Of a stretch of 64,000 nucleotides of DNA, positions 44,208 to 53,993 are shown piece by piece. The notes under the pieces were generated by a model that saw only the letters and a list, made by a program, of their open reading frames with translations, made no database searches and had not been told where the DNA came from. The translations under genes were made by a program, and so were the position numbers. The DNA lies in the sequence record MK514281.1; one strand, 5' to 3'. Position 1 is the stretch's first letter, and every line of letters begins with the position of its first letter.

Positions 44208-44678
44208 ATGCATGCAATCACAACCGGTACCGTCGCTATTCTGATCTTCATCACCTTCTTGTTTATTTCAGAATGGCGATTAAAGGTAAGTAAGAACCTT
44301 ATCTTCAAAGAAGTCACCCGAATCGCGTACTCGATTATTCGCTACACTGACGTCAAGCAGATCACCCCGGAGATCTACCTTATTGCAGCGGAGTTACAAA
44401 ACCGCATGGTAAAAGTGGGGAACTTCAGTGTGACGGAGAAGGACCGGGAAGTCGCCATGACGATTGCCAAGTACATTTCAATCTTTGGCAACCAACGGGT
44501 ACGTGATCCGGTTATCCTGTTGCACGTGATCGCCAGACGGCTAAATGAGTTCGATGGGATATCCGCTAAATCGCTGGTCTCCACCAATGGCCGCCTGGAA
44601 CTCGTTATAGGACGTGATGACGCCACAGACTATGATCGGGTCATCTATCGCTTCAACTCCCCGCAGACGCTCTTCTAG
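44208..44678 (+). CDS. Hypothetical protein with N-terminal TM anchor
   Basis: TVAILIFITFLFI helix; AGGGA RBS. Confidence 0.7.
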   Translation: MHAITTGTVAILIFITFLFISEWRLKVSKNLIFKEVTRIAYSIIRYTDVKQITPEIYLIAAELQNRMVKVGNFSVTEKDREVAMTIAKYISIFGNQRVRDPVILLHVIARRLNEFDGISAKSLVSTNGRLELVIGRDDATDYDRVIYRFNSPQTLF

Positions 44679-44681
44679 GCC

Positions 44682-44714
44682 GGCATAAGGGGCAGGGTTT
44701 CCCCCGCCCACTTA
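44682..44714. terminator. Terminator between convergent genes with minus-strand TTATGCC
   Basis: GGCATAA followed by a GC hairpin GGGCAGGG-TTTC-CCCCGCCC. Confidence 0.7.
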
Positions 44715-45353
44715 TTAACTGGTTAACCGTGCTTCGTAATCCGCAATGATCGTGCGTAACTGGGCAATGGTGTTGTTGGCTTCCAGCAATTGTGCATGTT
44801 CCGTTGTCCGGCGCTTAATGGCGTTCAAACGGTTCTGCTCAGCCAGCCGATATTGCTCAGCCGTCACGGCATTAGTAGAAGGAGCCACCGCAATCGCAAT
44901 GGTAGGTTCTATCCCGATCAAATCACTGATCGCTGCTTTAATCACATCTTGTGTTTGTTGCAATTGATCAATGATCGCCGACGGTACCGCACCCAGCGAC
45001 ATCGACATGACAATGTACTGATATTGAATTGCCGAGTCATCAGGGAACTGGGTGATGTACGTACTGGGGATGTAGATCGGGGTACGACCTACCGCGCTTA
45101 AGGTGATGATGTTTGCCGCCACCAATACATCCGCATCCATGTCCGCTTGCTTTAACCCCACCGGGGTATAGACACGCGCTAGAATGTCCACGCCTAAAGC
45201 CTGGAGCTCCTGGAAGGTACGAATGGCTTGCACGGTATAGATCACACCTGGATCAACCCGAGCAAAATCCGTGACGTTGGCCGCACCCATATACGGGGTG
45301 GCGACTTTGAACAACCCCTTCGTTAGAATGGGTGGGGTTAATGACGTTGCCAT
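44715..45353 (-). CDS. Putative virion structural protein (phiKZ-like core)
   Basis: GGAG RBS; tandem with a structural-type gene; TATG upstream; coiled-coil C-terminus. Confidence 0.6.
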   Translation of the reverse strand: MATSLTPPILTKGLFKVATPYMGAANVTDFARVDPGVIYTVQAIRTFQELQALGVDILARVYTPVGLKQADMDADVLVAANIITLSAVGRTPIYIPSTYITQFPDDSAIQYQYIVMSMSLGAVPSAIIDQLQQTQDVIKAAISDLIGIEPTIAIAVAPSTNAVTAEQYRLAEQNRLNAIKRRTTEHAQLLEANNTIAQLRTIIADYEARLTS

Positions 45354-45363
45354 GGACTACTCC

Positions 45364-46677
45364 TTATGTATACAGTGACTCAACATAAGGTTTCGCCACG
45401 ACTAAAAACTTAATGCCATTAACAGACTTCGCTGCACAGATCACACCGTCACGCACCACGCGGGAGATCTCTGATGGCAACTCACTGAACTCTGACATGG
45501 TTTCAGCGGCAATCAGCATCTGTTGCATGGCAAAGATAAACGCCTGGGTCTCTGGTGAGATCCGGTCAAACTCCACATTGTCAGACGGCAGCAGGGCGTA
45601 ATCCGGGTAGAGCTCTTTCAGCTTGATCTGGCCACCGCGGTTAGTCGGTTTCGCCACACTGTAGAGTGCCAGGGATTTATGCAACGCCGGGAAGACCTGC
45701 AGTGACGCTTTGATGTGATCGGCCGGATACCACTTCATTACCTTGGTCGGCATCTCCAGCATTGTTTCATAATCCACAACCGGCGAGTTGGTACCCTTTT
45801 CGGTGGTTTTGTTAGGAATGCTATAGGAGCGCCAGTCAGGTGCAATGACATACTCGATCGGGTTAAAAAGATCAGGGATGACCAACGCCCACTCATCTTC
45901 ACCGAACTTTGAGTTTGCCAGGATATCGGCTTTCAGCAACTCATAGATCGCATCATCGTTGTTACCGTTCTTACCGTAACCGACGATGGTGAAATATCCC
46001 GTCTGCCATTTACTGGTATTCTCTTTGTCGTAGATCTTGAATTCAATATCACGGACAAAGGTCGGCGGATTAATGCCCATGATGGCATTAATGTTCTTGG
46101 CGATATCGCCTTTCGTTACCGAATCGATTGCAGTTTTTGCTGTTGCGTAATCTTCGTGCAACACATCAATTTGGCTCAATGGGACAGGATAGTCAGCAAA
46201 GAGTTCATAGCGCGGGTAGCTCAGCTCGAACGACTCATCAGATAACCAAATCTTGATGGTGTTGTCATCGCTGCCACTCAGTTTACCTGAGACCCATTCA
46301 GGCGCCCAGTACTTACCGTCAGTGATCATGTCACCGATTGCTAAGTTTTCCCATGACGTATCGAAGTCTGCTTTGATCTGCTGCAGCGCAATCGTCTTGT
46401 CATTGGTGAAACGACCATCAGCAATACGCACGAGCATCCACGCCTGCAAACTAAGGATTGCCAGACTGTAAGTATTTGCTAATTGGAACGCTACGTTATT
46501 CTCATCAACTGCTGTGAAAACAAGTAGAGCAGTACCTGGTTTATCCGTGTTAGTGTACGTCCCAATATCCCGTGAAAAAGACATTGAGAGTTGCGATATT
46601 TCGCCAATGGGGTTAGTAACACCTTTCTGGTTGTTATTCAGTGACGGATACACCGAAAACCCTAAGATCGTTTTCAT
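45364..46677 (-). CDS. Putative virion structural protein (phiKZ-like core)
   Basis: About 437-aa ORF from ATG at 46677; minus-strand TATG upstream. Confidence 0.6.
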   Translation of the reverse strand: MKTILGFSVYPSLNNNQKGVTNPIGEISQLSMSFSRDIGTYTNTDKPGTALLVFTAVDENNVAFQLANTYSLAILSLQAWMLVRIADGRFTNDKTIALQQIKADFDTSWENLAIGDMITDGKYWAPEWVSGKLSGSDDNTIKIWLSDESFELSYPRYELFADYPVPLSQIDVLHEDYATAKTAIDSVTKGDIAKNINAIMGINPPTFVRDIEFKIYDKENTSKWQTGYFTIVGYGKNGNNDDAIYELLKADILANSKFGEDEWALVIPDLFNPIEYVIAPDWRSYSIPNKTTEKGTNSPVVDYETMLEMPTKVMKWYPADHIKASLQVFPALHKSLALYSVAKPTNRGGQIKLKELYPDYALLPSDNVEFDRISPETQAFIFAMQQMLIAAETMSEFSELPSEISRVVRDGVICAAKSVNGIKFLVVAKPYVESLYT

Positions 46678-46755
46678 AGCTCGCCCTTTACATGGGATGG
46701 GATTAAGATACATAACATTTAACACAGTGTACGAGGGCCTGTAGGGAGACGAGAC

Positions 46756-47163
46756 GTGTTGTGGTTAAAGCTATTCTTTTGGAGTCTTCCTTTCATAAAA
46801 AAGCGGTCAAAGACTTTCATGGCCGATGGAGCGACTCGTTATAATGCATCGAAAAAAGCACGGGGTTGGTTCTACGCTATTTCGATGTCATTCTTTCTAT
46901 TCCTTGGCATCCTTACCTGGGGCTACCGCCAGTATGACTACCTGTCCAAACAGAACCGTCATATGACTGAAGAGATCTCCCAGCTTAAAGGTCGCATCAA
47001 CATCTACCCTACTCTTTCTGATACAATTGAACAGAACCGTTTGTTATTGACACAAAACCATGATCTTGCAGAGGAACTCATTAAAACTCGTCAAAACAAT
47101 AACGAGTTATATAAAGAGAACCAAAAACTGCAAAGTCAGCTTGAAAAAGCATTAGGTAAATGA
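46756..47163 (+). CDS. TM plus coiled-coil protein (spanin/holin-like candidate)
   Basis: TM segment FYAISMSFFLFLGILTWGY followed by a heptad-rich C-terminus. Confidence 0.5.
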   Translation: MLWLKLFFWSLPFIKKRSKTFMADGATRYNASKKARGWFYAISMSFFLFLGILTWGYRQYDYLSKQNRHMTEEISQLKGRINIYPTLSDTIEQNRLLLTQNHDLAEELIKTRQNNNELYKENQKLQSQLEKALGK

Positions 47164-47237
47164 TGAACACCCGTTTTGGTAATTTATTACGTAGTTGATC
47201 AATTATAAGAGAGATATTGTTTATTCGAGGGTGTTTC

Positions 47238-48758
47238 ATGGACAAGTTACCAAGTACCGCACTGCCAAAGGTGTCAATGGTTTTATACACCGATGGCGGT
47301 TGTCGTCAAAACATCGGAGGCTGGGGAATACATGGTTATTCCTGGTTGGTTGAAGACGATGACAAAAAGAAAAAGAAAAAGCCGGCGCGTGACGTTCCGT
47401 CAACGACTGGCTACATTGTAAAAGACGATCCGAAACTCGACAGTCGTGAAGTGGTCAGGCCCCACGAAGTGATTGAAGGGTTTGGTGGGATTTTACCTAA
47501 CACCACGAATAACGTTGCGGAACTCACAGCAACTATTAATGGTATTGACTTAGCACTACAGCAGAACACAGAAAAGCTCCTCGTCATCTCCGATTCCAAA
47601 TATGTCGGCGACAATGCAAAGAATCAATTGCATCGTTGGATGAAAGCCGGCTGGAAGAAAGCGGATGGCGGGGATGTTGCCAACAAAGAGCTGTGGGAAA
47701 CCCTCAGCAGCAAACTTGATGAGCTGAAGTATCGCGGCATCTCGTTTGACATCGAATGGCTGAAAGGGCATGCGGGTCACCGTGGAAATCAGTTCGCTGA
47801 CTACATGGCAACCCGTGGTGTCTTTAAAGGCCGTGTTGGTGACGCTACCCCGTATTATCAGATCCAGGATGCCGGTGAGTACGATAAGTACAAAACTGAA
47901 CGTCCGCGCTTTGTCACGCACTCGCGCTGGTACTTCACGTTACAGACTGAAAAGTTGATGAACAAGAACGAACAGGGCTTGTACGAGTATTGCTTTGGCC
48001 ACCCAAGTAAAGGGGATGCTGATCAGCAGTACTTAGGCAAAGCGTTAGCCGACACCGCCTTTAGTGTGGTGTGGTTGAAAGCACCTGAAGAGTGTTTGGA
48101 TCTGGTTTATTCACGCACCAAAGAGATCGCTACCGATGTTTACGGTAACGCCTTCATTGGTCGCTTGGATAACATTTACAACTCATTCATTCACAAAGAG
48201 ATCATGGACTACGGCGGGTCGTTATTGCAACGTGCGAATAAGTACAACAATGACATCACCAACTGTACCGATGCTCAAGTGGTGCGTGAGTGTAACCCGC
48301 CAGGTATCTCTTACCGGGCACTGTCGAATTTAGGACAGCTTAGTAAGATCCTGAATGAATTTGTCAGCGACAGTTTACCTGCGACAACCAGGGTGGTAGA
48401 GATTACTGACAAAATCTACCAGACCGTGAAAGGTAAGAAAGAAGATAAGCTGGCATTGCTCGGTTCGATTCGTCAAACCGACAAAGCGCTCAAGTTCGAT
48501 GTACCGTGTGATGTACTCGACAAAGCGATCTCCGTCGAAGTTACAGCCACGCTTGGATTGACCTTACCCAACCGTAATACGTTAAACGGTCTTACGGAAC
48601 TCAATCCAAAGGTATACCTGTTCTTGACAAAAGAGTCCGACATTGCATTTCGCTACGGATCGATTGTGGTATGCGATGAAGGGTATTGCATCATGGCCAA
48701 CGTATACGCTGACCTGCGTACGCTGTCAAAAAAGGATCTGGAGCGTTGCGGGCAGTAA
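47238..48758 (+). CDS. rnhA: Ribonuclease HI with C-terminal extension (phiKZ type)
   Basis: LYTDGGCR, TTNNVAEL, SDSKYV, W...GWKK.DG..VANKELW and KGHAGHRGNQFADYMA motifs. Confidence 0.92.
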   Translation: MDKLPSTALPKVSMVLYTDGGCRQNIGGWGIHGYSWLVEDDDKKKKKKPARDVPSTTGYIVKDDPKLDSREVVRPHEVIEGFGGILPNTTNNVAELTATINGIDLALQQNTEKLLVISDSKYVGDNAKNQLHRWMKAGWKKADGGDVANKELWETLSSKLDELKYRGISFDIEWLKGHAGHRGNQFADYMATRGVFKGRVGDATPYYQIQDAGEYDKYKTERPRFVTHSRWYFTLQTEKLMNKNEQGLYEYCFGHPSKGDADQQYLGKALADTAFSVVWLKAPEECLDLVYSRTKEIATDVYGNAFIGRLDNIYNSFIHKEIMDYGGSLLQRANKYNNDITNCTDAQVVRECNPPGISYRALSNLGQLSKILNEFVSDSLPATTRVVEITDKIYQTVKGKKEDKLALLGSIRQTDKALKFDVPCDVLDKAISVEVTATLGLTLPNRNTLNGLTELNPKVYLFLTKESDIAFRYGSIVVCDEGYCIMANVYADLRTLSKKDLERCGQ

Positions 48759-48768
48759 AGGGTGACTT

Positions 48769-49125
48769 GTGACCACGTTATTCGCCGGTGCACCAACCAA
48801 GCTTCCGATGATGGACCTGTCTGCGATCATTGATCCAGATAAGGATATCGAGTCTCGGCTTAAACGGAAACTGTTATTAACTTTCGTTTGTCATTGTCGA
48901 CGTCCTCGTGCGAGTGCAGATGAGCTTAACCGCACACATGCACTATGCGAGGACTCGGCAGACGTTGAGCAGTGTCTTGATTACATCTCGCGCATGGGTC
49001 CTGAGTTCAGTGAAGCTTACGATGGTGTTGATCTTGAATGTGTGATGGATATCATCGGGCGTACGCCTGAATGGCTCCGTTACGGATCTGCTATTGAAAT
49101 GTGGACAGACCTCAAGCAGTTGTAG
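48769..49125 (+). CDS. Hypothetical protein
   Basis: GTG start after AAGGG. Confidence 0.65.
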   Translation: MTTLFAGAPTKLPMMDLSAIIDPDKDIESRLKRKLLLTFVCHCRRPRASADELNRTHALCEDSADVEQCLDYISRMGPEFSEAYDGVDLECVMDIIGRTPEWLRYGSAIEMWTDLKQL

Positions 49126-49165
49126 GGCATAAGAGGAGGGCGTGAGCCCTCCTCTACTTTATGCT
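49126..49165. terminator. Bidirectional terminator with the TTATGC motif on both strands
   Basis: GGCATA-AGAGGAGGGC-GTGA-GCCCTCCTCT-ACTTTATGCT. Confidence 0.88.
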
Positions 49166-49176
49166 GCTTTTTTTTT

Positions 49177-49974
49177 TTATTTGACTTCTTTTGCCAACTT
49201 CACTGCAGTGTTGTTCAGTGCCGTGCCTGTTGAAATGAACAGGGTATGACAAACACTATAGAGATCAGCTGCACGGGCCGTAGACAGCAGCGTCTTCGCC
49301 AGGTTGTCGATATCGGCCTTGCTGAGTACCAGTTCACCAGACTCAATCTGACTGAAGACCAGATCAGACAGTTCCGCCACGCGTTTCACCGCCAGGTTGA
49401 AATTGTAGATCTGCCCACGCTTTAACATCGCCACGAGCTTATTAAAGTCCGTGTAGACGTTGGTGAATTCCGTCAGGTTCGGGAAGCGGGCGGCGAAGCT
49501 GATATCGGTGACATCTTTTCCACCCAGCGATTTACCCAACATCGCTTCCACTTTACCCAGGATAGCCTTGTCCACGTTCGGGGCGTAGGCCACACTGGCA
49601 TTACCCGCAGAGACACCCGCGAGCCAGGAGTGCAACTTACTGATATGGGTCGACTCCAGCATGGTACAGAAAGCCCGGGCGGTTGCCAGGTTCTCAACCC
49701 ATTCCTGATAGCTGACATTCAGACGCGCCGGTTGATAGATCATGCGATCCATGAAGTCGGTGTAGTTGTGCGATGCCAGCGCTTTGGATAACGGGCTGAG
49801 GTCAGCGGTGATCAGATCCTGTGCAGTGCCGTACGCACGATCACTGAAGAACTTCTTAATACCATCAAAGAAGTTGCGGATGGGGGCAATAATGTTTAAT
49901 GCTTCGAGGCCGGCACCGGTTGACTCACGCAGTTCCTGGTAGTCGGCTTCGAGGTTTTCAATGTTGTACGACAT
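49177..49974 (-). CDS. Putative virion head protein with N-terminal propeptide
   Basis: TGAGLE/A cleavage-like site about 25 aa from the N-terminus; GGAG RBS; minus-strand TATG upstream. Confidence 0.65.
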   Translation of the reverse strand: MSYNIENLEADYQELRESTGAGLEALNIIAPIRNFFDGIKKFFSDRAYGTAQDLITADLSPLSKALASHNYTDFMDRMIYQPARLNVSYQEWVENLATARAFCTMLESTHISKLHSWLAGVSAGNASVAYAPNVDKAILGKVEAMLGKSLGGKDVTDISFAARFPNLTEFTNVYTDFNKLVAMLKRGQIYNFNLAVKRVAELSDLVFSQIESGELVLSKADIDNLAKTLLSTARAADLYSVCHTLFISTGTALNNTAVKLAKEVK

Positions 49975-50055
49975 ATGTACTCCGTGAGATAAAAGTAATC
50001 TGTTACATAAGATGACTTATTATGAAGGTATTATTAATTAAAAGGACCGCACACA

Positions 50056-51441
50056 ATGTTGTCATTCGGTGAATTTGTTGAGAAGTCACGCCCTATTCGA
50101 CCTTTCTTGAATATCGGCGCGGGCTTTGATATCCCAACCGGTAGCTATCGTTTCGGTAAGCACGGTGAATCTATTCTTAATGGTGGTCTGGCGCCATTCA
50201 TTGCGATTGTTGGTAAAGGCAACACCTTTAAAACAGCGATCGGTTGTTTCATGATGACCCGCGTGCTGGAGCGCTACAATAACTCTAACGGCCTGCACTA
50301 CGATACCGAGTGTACGTTCAGTGCTGATCGTCTTACCAGTCTTACCAGTCGTCTGGGTCCGAATGCTGCTGCAGAGTGGCTGGCCAACGAACGTATCTAC
50401 CTGACTGATGACTCCATCATTAAAGGTAACCAGTGGTTTAAGAAATCGGTGCAGGAATACTCCGAAGCGAAGAAGAAAGCCAAAATGGGTACGCTGCCGT
50501 TTGTGGATAAAGATGGGAACCTGATTCCTTATCCATACCCGACAGTCAACTTTGGCGATTCCATGTCTGAGATGAAATTCGACGATCTGGAAAAGAACTA
50601 CGCCAAGATGGAAATCGGCCAGGGTGAAATGCAAACGGAAGCCATGCGTGTGTCGAATGCCAAACGCATGTTAATCGAAAAGACCCAGGGTTACGCCAAC
50701 GCCGGCGGCATGTATGTCATCATGACAGCGCACTTAGGTAAAGAGCTGAACATGGACGGCAAACCACAAGAGAAGAAAACCACCTTTATGAAACAAGGTG
50801 ACAAAATCTCTAAGGTGCCTTCACAGATCCTCTCTCTGCCAAACAACGCCTGGGAGATCTCTACCGGTACGGTGTTGATTGATAAGAACACCAAAGAGTG
50901 GATGTACCCGAAACAGGGTCGCAATGACGTGGATACCAACGGTAACCCGGACATGATCACTCTGGTGGCGAAGAACCTGCGCGGGAAGAATGGCCCGTCT
51001 GGCGTGCCGTGGGAATTCGTCATGTCACAGTCTGAAGGTCTGCTGCCGTCCCTGACAGAGTTCCATTACATTAAGAACAACGGCCGTTATGGCCTGGGTG
51101 GCAATGACCGTAATTATTATGTTGAATTGTGCCCAGATATCAAGCTGCAGCGCACCACCGTGCGTGATCGCATCGACGACAACCCTGAGTTACGTCGGGC
51201 ATTAGAGATCACCATGGAGATGTGTCAGATGCGTTTCCTGTGGCACACCCGCGATCCAAAGTACAACATGACTCCTCAGGAACTGCGTGAAGGCCTGGAG
51301 AAGAAAGGGTACAAATGGGATCAGCTGCTCAACACCCGTGGGTTCTGGACGTTTGAAGAAGACAACCATCCATTACCATTCTTAAGCACAATGGATCTAC
51401 TCCGCATGTATCATGATGAGTATCGCCCATACTGGCTGTAA
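50056..51441 (+). CDS. uvsX: UvsX/RecA-like recombinase (phiKZ type)
   Basis: Walker A IVGKGNTFKT, HYDTECT, FGDSMSE, VIMTAH and V.KNLRGKNGPSG motifs; terminator at 51456-51485. Confidence 0.85.
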   Translation: MLSFGEFVEKSRPIRPFLNIGAGFDIPTGSYRFGKHGESILNGGLAPFIAIVGKGNTFKTAIGCFMMTRVLERYNNSNGLHYDTECTFSADRLTSLTSRLGPNAAAEWLANERIYLTDDSIIKGNQWFKKSVQEYSEAKKKAKMGTLPFVDKDGNLIPYPYPTVNFGDSMSEMKFDDLEKNYAKMEIGQGEMQTEAMRVSNAKRMLIEKTQGYANAGGMYVIMTAHLGKELNMDGKPQEKKTTFMKQGDKISKVPSQILSLPNNAWEISTGTVLIDKNTKEWMYPKQGRNDVDTNGNPDMITLVAKNLRGKNGPSGVPWEFVMSQSEGLLPSLTEFHYIKNNGRYGLGGNDRNYYVELCPDIKLQRTTVRDRIDDNPELRRALEITMEMCQMRFLWHTRDPKYNMTPQELREGLEKKGYKWDQLLNTRGFWTFEEDNHPLPFLSTMDLLRMYHDEYRPYWL

Positions 51442-51521
51442 GTGTACCCACTGTGGGAGAGGGATAACCCTCTCCTTCTTATACCGTCAGTAGAGGGAAA
51501 TAAGCTAATAGGAAGCAGTAT

Positions 51522-51941
51522 ATGCTTAACAAAGAAATACGCATTGTCGTTGCGTCGACTAAAGGTTTCAACGACGCAGAGCGTTTAAAACTGACTATTG
51601 ACGGCCTCCTGGAAGATATCTACTACCTCAACGAAGGGGTAGGTGATGAGGACGAGGAGTTGATCACTGATGCCAAGATAGTTTTCATCACCAATGGCGA
51701 ACACAAAACAGCGGCTGAGTTGCTGCCTGGTGTGTTGGGTGATCGGAACATCGACATCGAAGTGATCAAGGTTGATTGGTCAAAAGGTAAGAAAGCGTTT
51801 TTTGATAACTGCGCTGTATTGGGTGCGAAGTCGACCCACGGCGTCATTTTTACGGACAGCAAAGATGACGGGATGCAGACACTGCTGAAAGCATGTCTCG
51901 ATGCCGGCTCACGCGTTCGTACTTATAGCTCTGCTATTTGA
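51522..51941 (+). CDS. SLOG/YspA-like protein (degenerate)
   Basis: RIVVASTKGFNDAE, VDWSKGKKAFFDNC..LG and GVIFTDSKDDGM..LL parallel the SLOG domain of 52432-53313. Confidence 0.6.
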   Translation: MLNKEIRIVVASTKGFNDAERLKLTIDGLLEDIYYLNEGVGDEDEELITDAKIVFITNGEHKTAAELLPGVLGDRNIDIEVIKVDWSKGKKAFFDNCAVLGAKSTHGVIFTDSKDDGMQTLLKACLDAGSRVRTYSSAI

Positions 51942-51955
51942 GAAAGGTAACCCCC

Positions 51956-52402
51956 ATGATAGCCTCAGAAGCTCACGTTAGTATACTTGACGTTAATGTC
52001 ACCCACGTTATATGCACAGTTAATTGCGAAGGGCATATGGGTCGTGGCATAGCCTTGTATCTGCGTAAGTGTATTCCGGGGCTATATGAGCGGTATAAAC
52101 ACCTGTGCAGTTTAGGGATCATCACGGTAGACAAACTCTGGATCTACCCATCACACCCCCGTCAGATTCTCTGCTTTCCAACCAAAGATAAAACCTGGGA
52201 AGACAGCAAGCTTGAATGGATCGAAGCCAATCTCATAAAGCTTCGTGACAACTACAAAACAAAAGGCATTGTCTCTGTGGCGATGCCTCCTCTTGGATGT
52301 GGAAACGGTAACCTAAAGTGGGATGAGGTGCGGAGCCTCATTTATGCCATCTTGGGTGATTGTGACCTTGAAGTCCACATCTGTTTAGGTAAACCGAAGT
52401 GA
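51956..52402 (+). CDS. DarG-like macro domain (ADP-ribosyl hydrolase)
   Basis: TVNCEGHMGRGIA, ILCFPTK, SKLEWIE and SVAMPPLGCGNGNLKWDEV motifs. Confidence 0.88.
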   Translation: MIASEAHVSILDVNVTHVICTVNCEGHMGRGIALYLRKCIPGLYERYKHLCSLGIITVDKLWIYPSHPRQILCFPTKDKTWEDSKLEWIEANLIKLRDNYKTKGIVSVAMPPLGCGNGNLKWDEVRSLIYAILGDCDLEVHICLGKPK

Positions 52403-52431
52403 GGGAAACACCCTGAATAGGAGCCAGTATT

Positions 52432-53313
52432 ATGTCTGATAACGCACACGTTTTACCCGATCCACGCGAAGATGGCAAGACGCACATCAACGTCTATAGC
52501 CGTGGCGCTTCCTGGTTAGGGCAGCAACTTTCTAATATGTCCTACTACGACTTCGCACATCCACGCTACGGTGTGTTCGCCTCGTTGGAGGGCTTCTGGT
52601 ATTGGTTGTCTACGGGCAAGCAACACGAGGAGTTACGGAAGCTTGCCGGGGTCAAAGCGAAAATGACCGGCCGGGAGTTCGAGACGATCCCAAATGAAAA
52701 CTTTGAAGAAGAGTTCAAAGAAGCCATGCGTCTGCGTCTGGAGCAACACCCGATCATCGCCAATGCCCTGGCTGAATCGTTACTGCCGTTAAAGCACTAC
52801 TATTGTTACGGCGGGAAAGTGGTCGACTTGTATGACCGTCACAAATGGCAGATGGACTTCTACGAGGAGTGGCGTAAAGCCAACGCCCCCGAAGACACCA
52901 CGTTGGTGCTGTTGATCTCTGGCTCGCGTAAAGAGAAAGACTACGACGCCTTTAAGCACATCGTGATGACCTACCTGCAGCCGTATATCGACAAGATAAA
53001 GGACACGTACAAAATCACCCTGCTTTCGGGGCTCGCCTGGGAAGGTCCCGATGACATGGCAATTCGTCTGTGTCGGGAAGAAGGCTTCATGTTGATTGGT
53101 CTGCCGGCTAAGTGGAAAGAGCAAGGTAAAGCCGCGGGCATGATCCGCAATGGTGCCATGGGGCGGTTGTGTAACAAGGCTCTGGTGTTCTGGGATGGCG
53201 AATCACCGGGGACAAAAGGGATGATTGATTACCTGAAGAAAAATACTATAGACCATCTTGTGTATTTACACGGTAAACATGAACCTGACTGGAAAGCCCC
53301 GGAGACATCATGA
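52432..53313 (+). CDS. NADAR (T4 gp30.3-like) domain fused to a SLOG/YspA domain
   Basis: N-half LSN...F...FASLEGFWYWL..LR.LAG..AK..GR; C-half LISGSR, SGLA.GPD, AAGMIRN and VFWDGESPGTKGMI. Confidence 0.75.
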   Translation: MSDNAHVLPDPREDGKTHINVYSRGASWLGQQLSNMSYYDFAHPRYGVFASLEGFWYWLSTGKQHEELRKLAGVKAKMTGREFETIPNENFEEEFKEAMRLRLEQHPIIANALAESLLPLKHYYCYGGKVVDLYDRHKWQMDFYEEWRKANAPEDTTLVLLISGSRKEKDYDAFKHIVMTYLQPYIDKIKDTYKITLLSGLAWEGPDDMAIRLCREEGFMLIGLPAKWKEQGKAAGMIRNGAMGRLCNKALVFWDGESPGTKGMIDYLKKNTIDHLVYLHGKHEPDWKAPETS

Positions 53314-53984
53314 CCCCAGCACGCGAACAGACCCAGCAATTTGTGATCGAGGCTATTGCTGAGATTCTACCCGGTTCTAAGAACCGGGATATCTATATCG
53401 ACTTCTTCTCGCGGTTGAGCGATGAGGCGTTTGATGCCCTGATGCAGCGGATGGATGAAGACCAGGAGATCTTCCCCTTCTACCATCCGAACTTTACCGG
53501 TACGGTAATTGATGTTGAACGTGTGATCAAGTTAATTGAAAAGCACGGCGACACCATCATGGAGCAGCTCTGGGATATCGACCCGGAAACCGGACTGCAG
53601 TACCTGACCCCATTGAAGTATCCGGTGCTGTTACTTCCGCTGCGTATTCAGCAGCAGAAGCTGCAGAAGAAGATGTCGATTCCAAAAGACAACAACCACA
53701 TCGACGATCTGACTAACCAGCCCACCACCGAATCCAAAGGTGCTTCTTTGTCTTACCCGGAAGTGCAGATCATCTATGCCATGGGTGGTGACAAGATCCT
53801 GGAAGAGACCATGAAGGTCCGTGGTGGTGATGAGAAGGCGTTTCGTGATTACAATAACGAAATCATTGCAAGCGGCGGTGTCACCATTGGTGCAATCAGC
53901 AGCAGCAAGACCAAGGTGAAGTCCACCAAAACCGTGCAAGTGATTCTTGAGGCCATGCACCTGAGCAACAACCTGGCCAGTTAA
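53310..53984 (+). CDS. Virion RNA polymerase beta subunit, C-terminal piece (phiKZ gp149-like)
   Basis: DPETG...TP..YPV..LP.R.QQQKL.KK..IP, LTNQPT.ESKG..LSYPEVQ and MKVRGGD motifs. Confidence 0.8.
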   Translation: MTPAREQTQQFVIEAIAEILPGSKNRDIYIDFFSRLSDEAFDALMQRMDEDQEIFPFYHPNFTGTVIDVERVIKLIEKHGDTIMEQLWDIDPETGLQYLTPLKYPVLLLPLRIQQQKLQKKMSIPKDNNHIDDLTNQPTTESKGASLSYPEVQIIYAMGGDKILEETMKVRGGDEKAFRDYNNEIIASGGVTIGAISSSKTKVKSTKTVQVILEAMHLSNNLAS

Positions 53985-53993
53985 GGATGCAAC

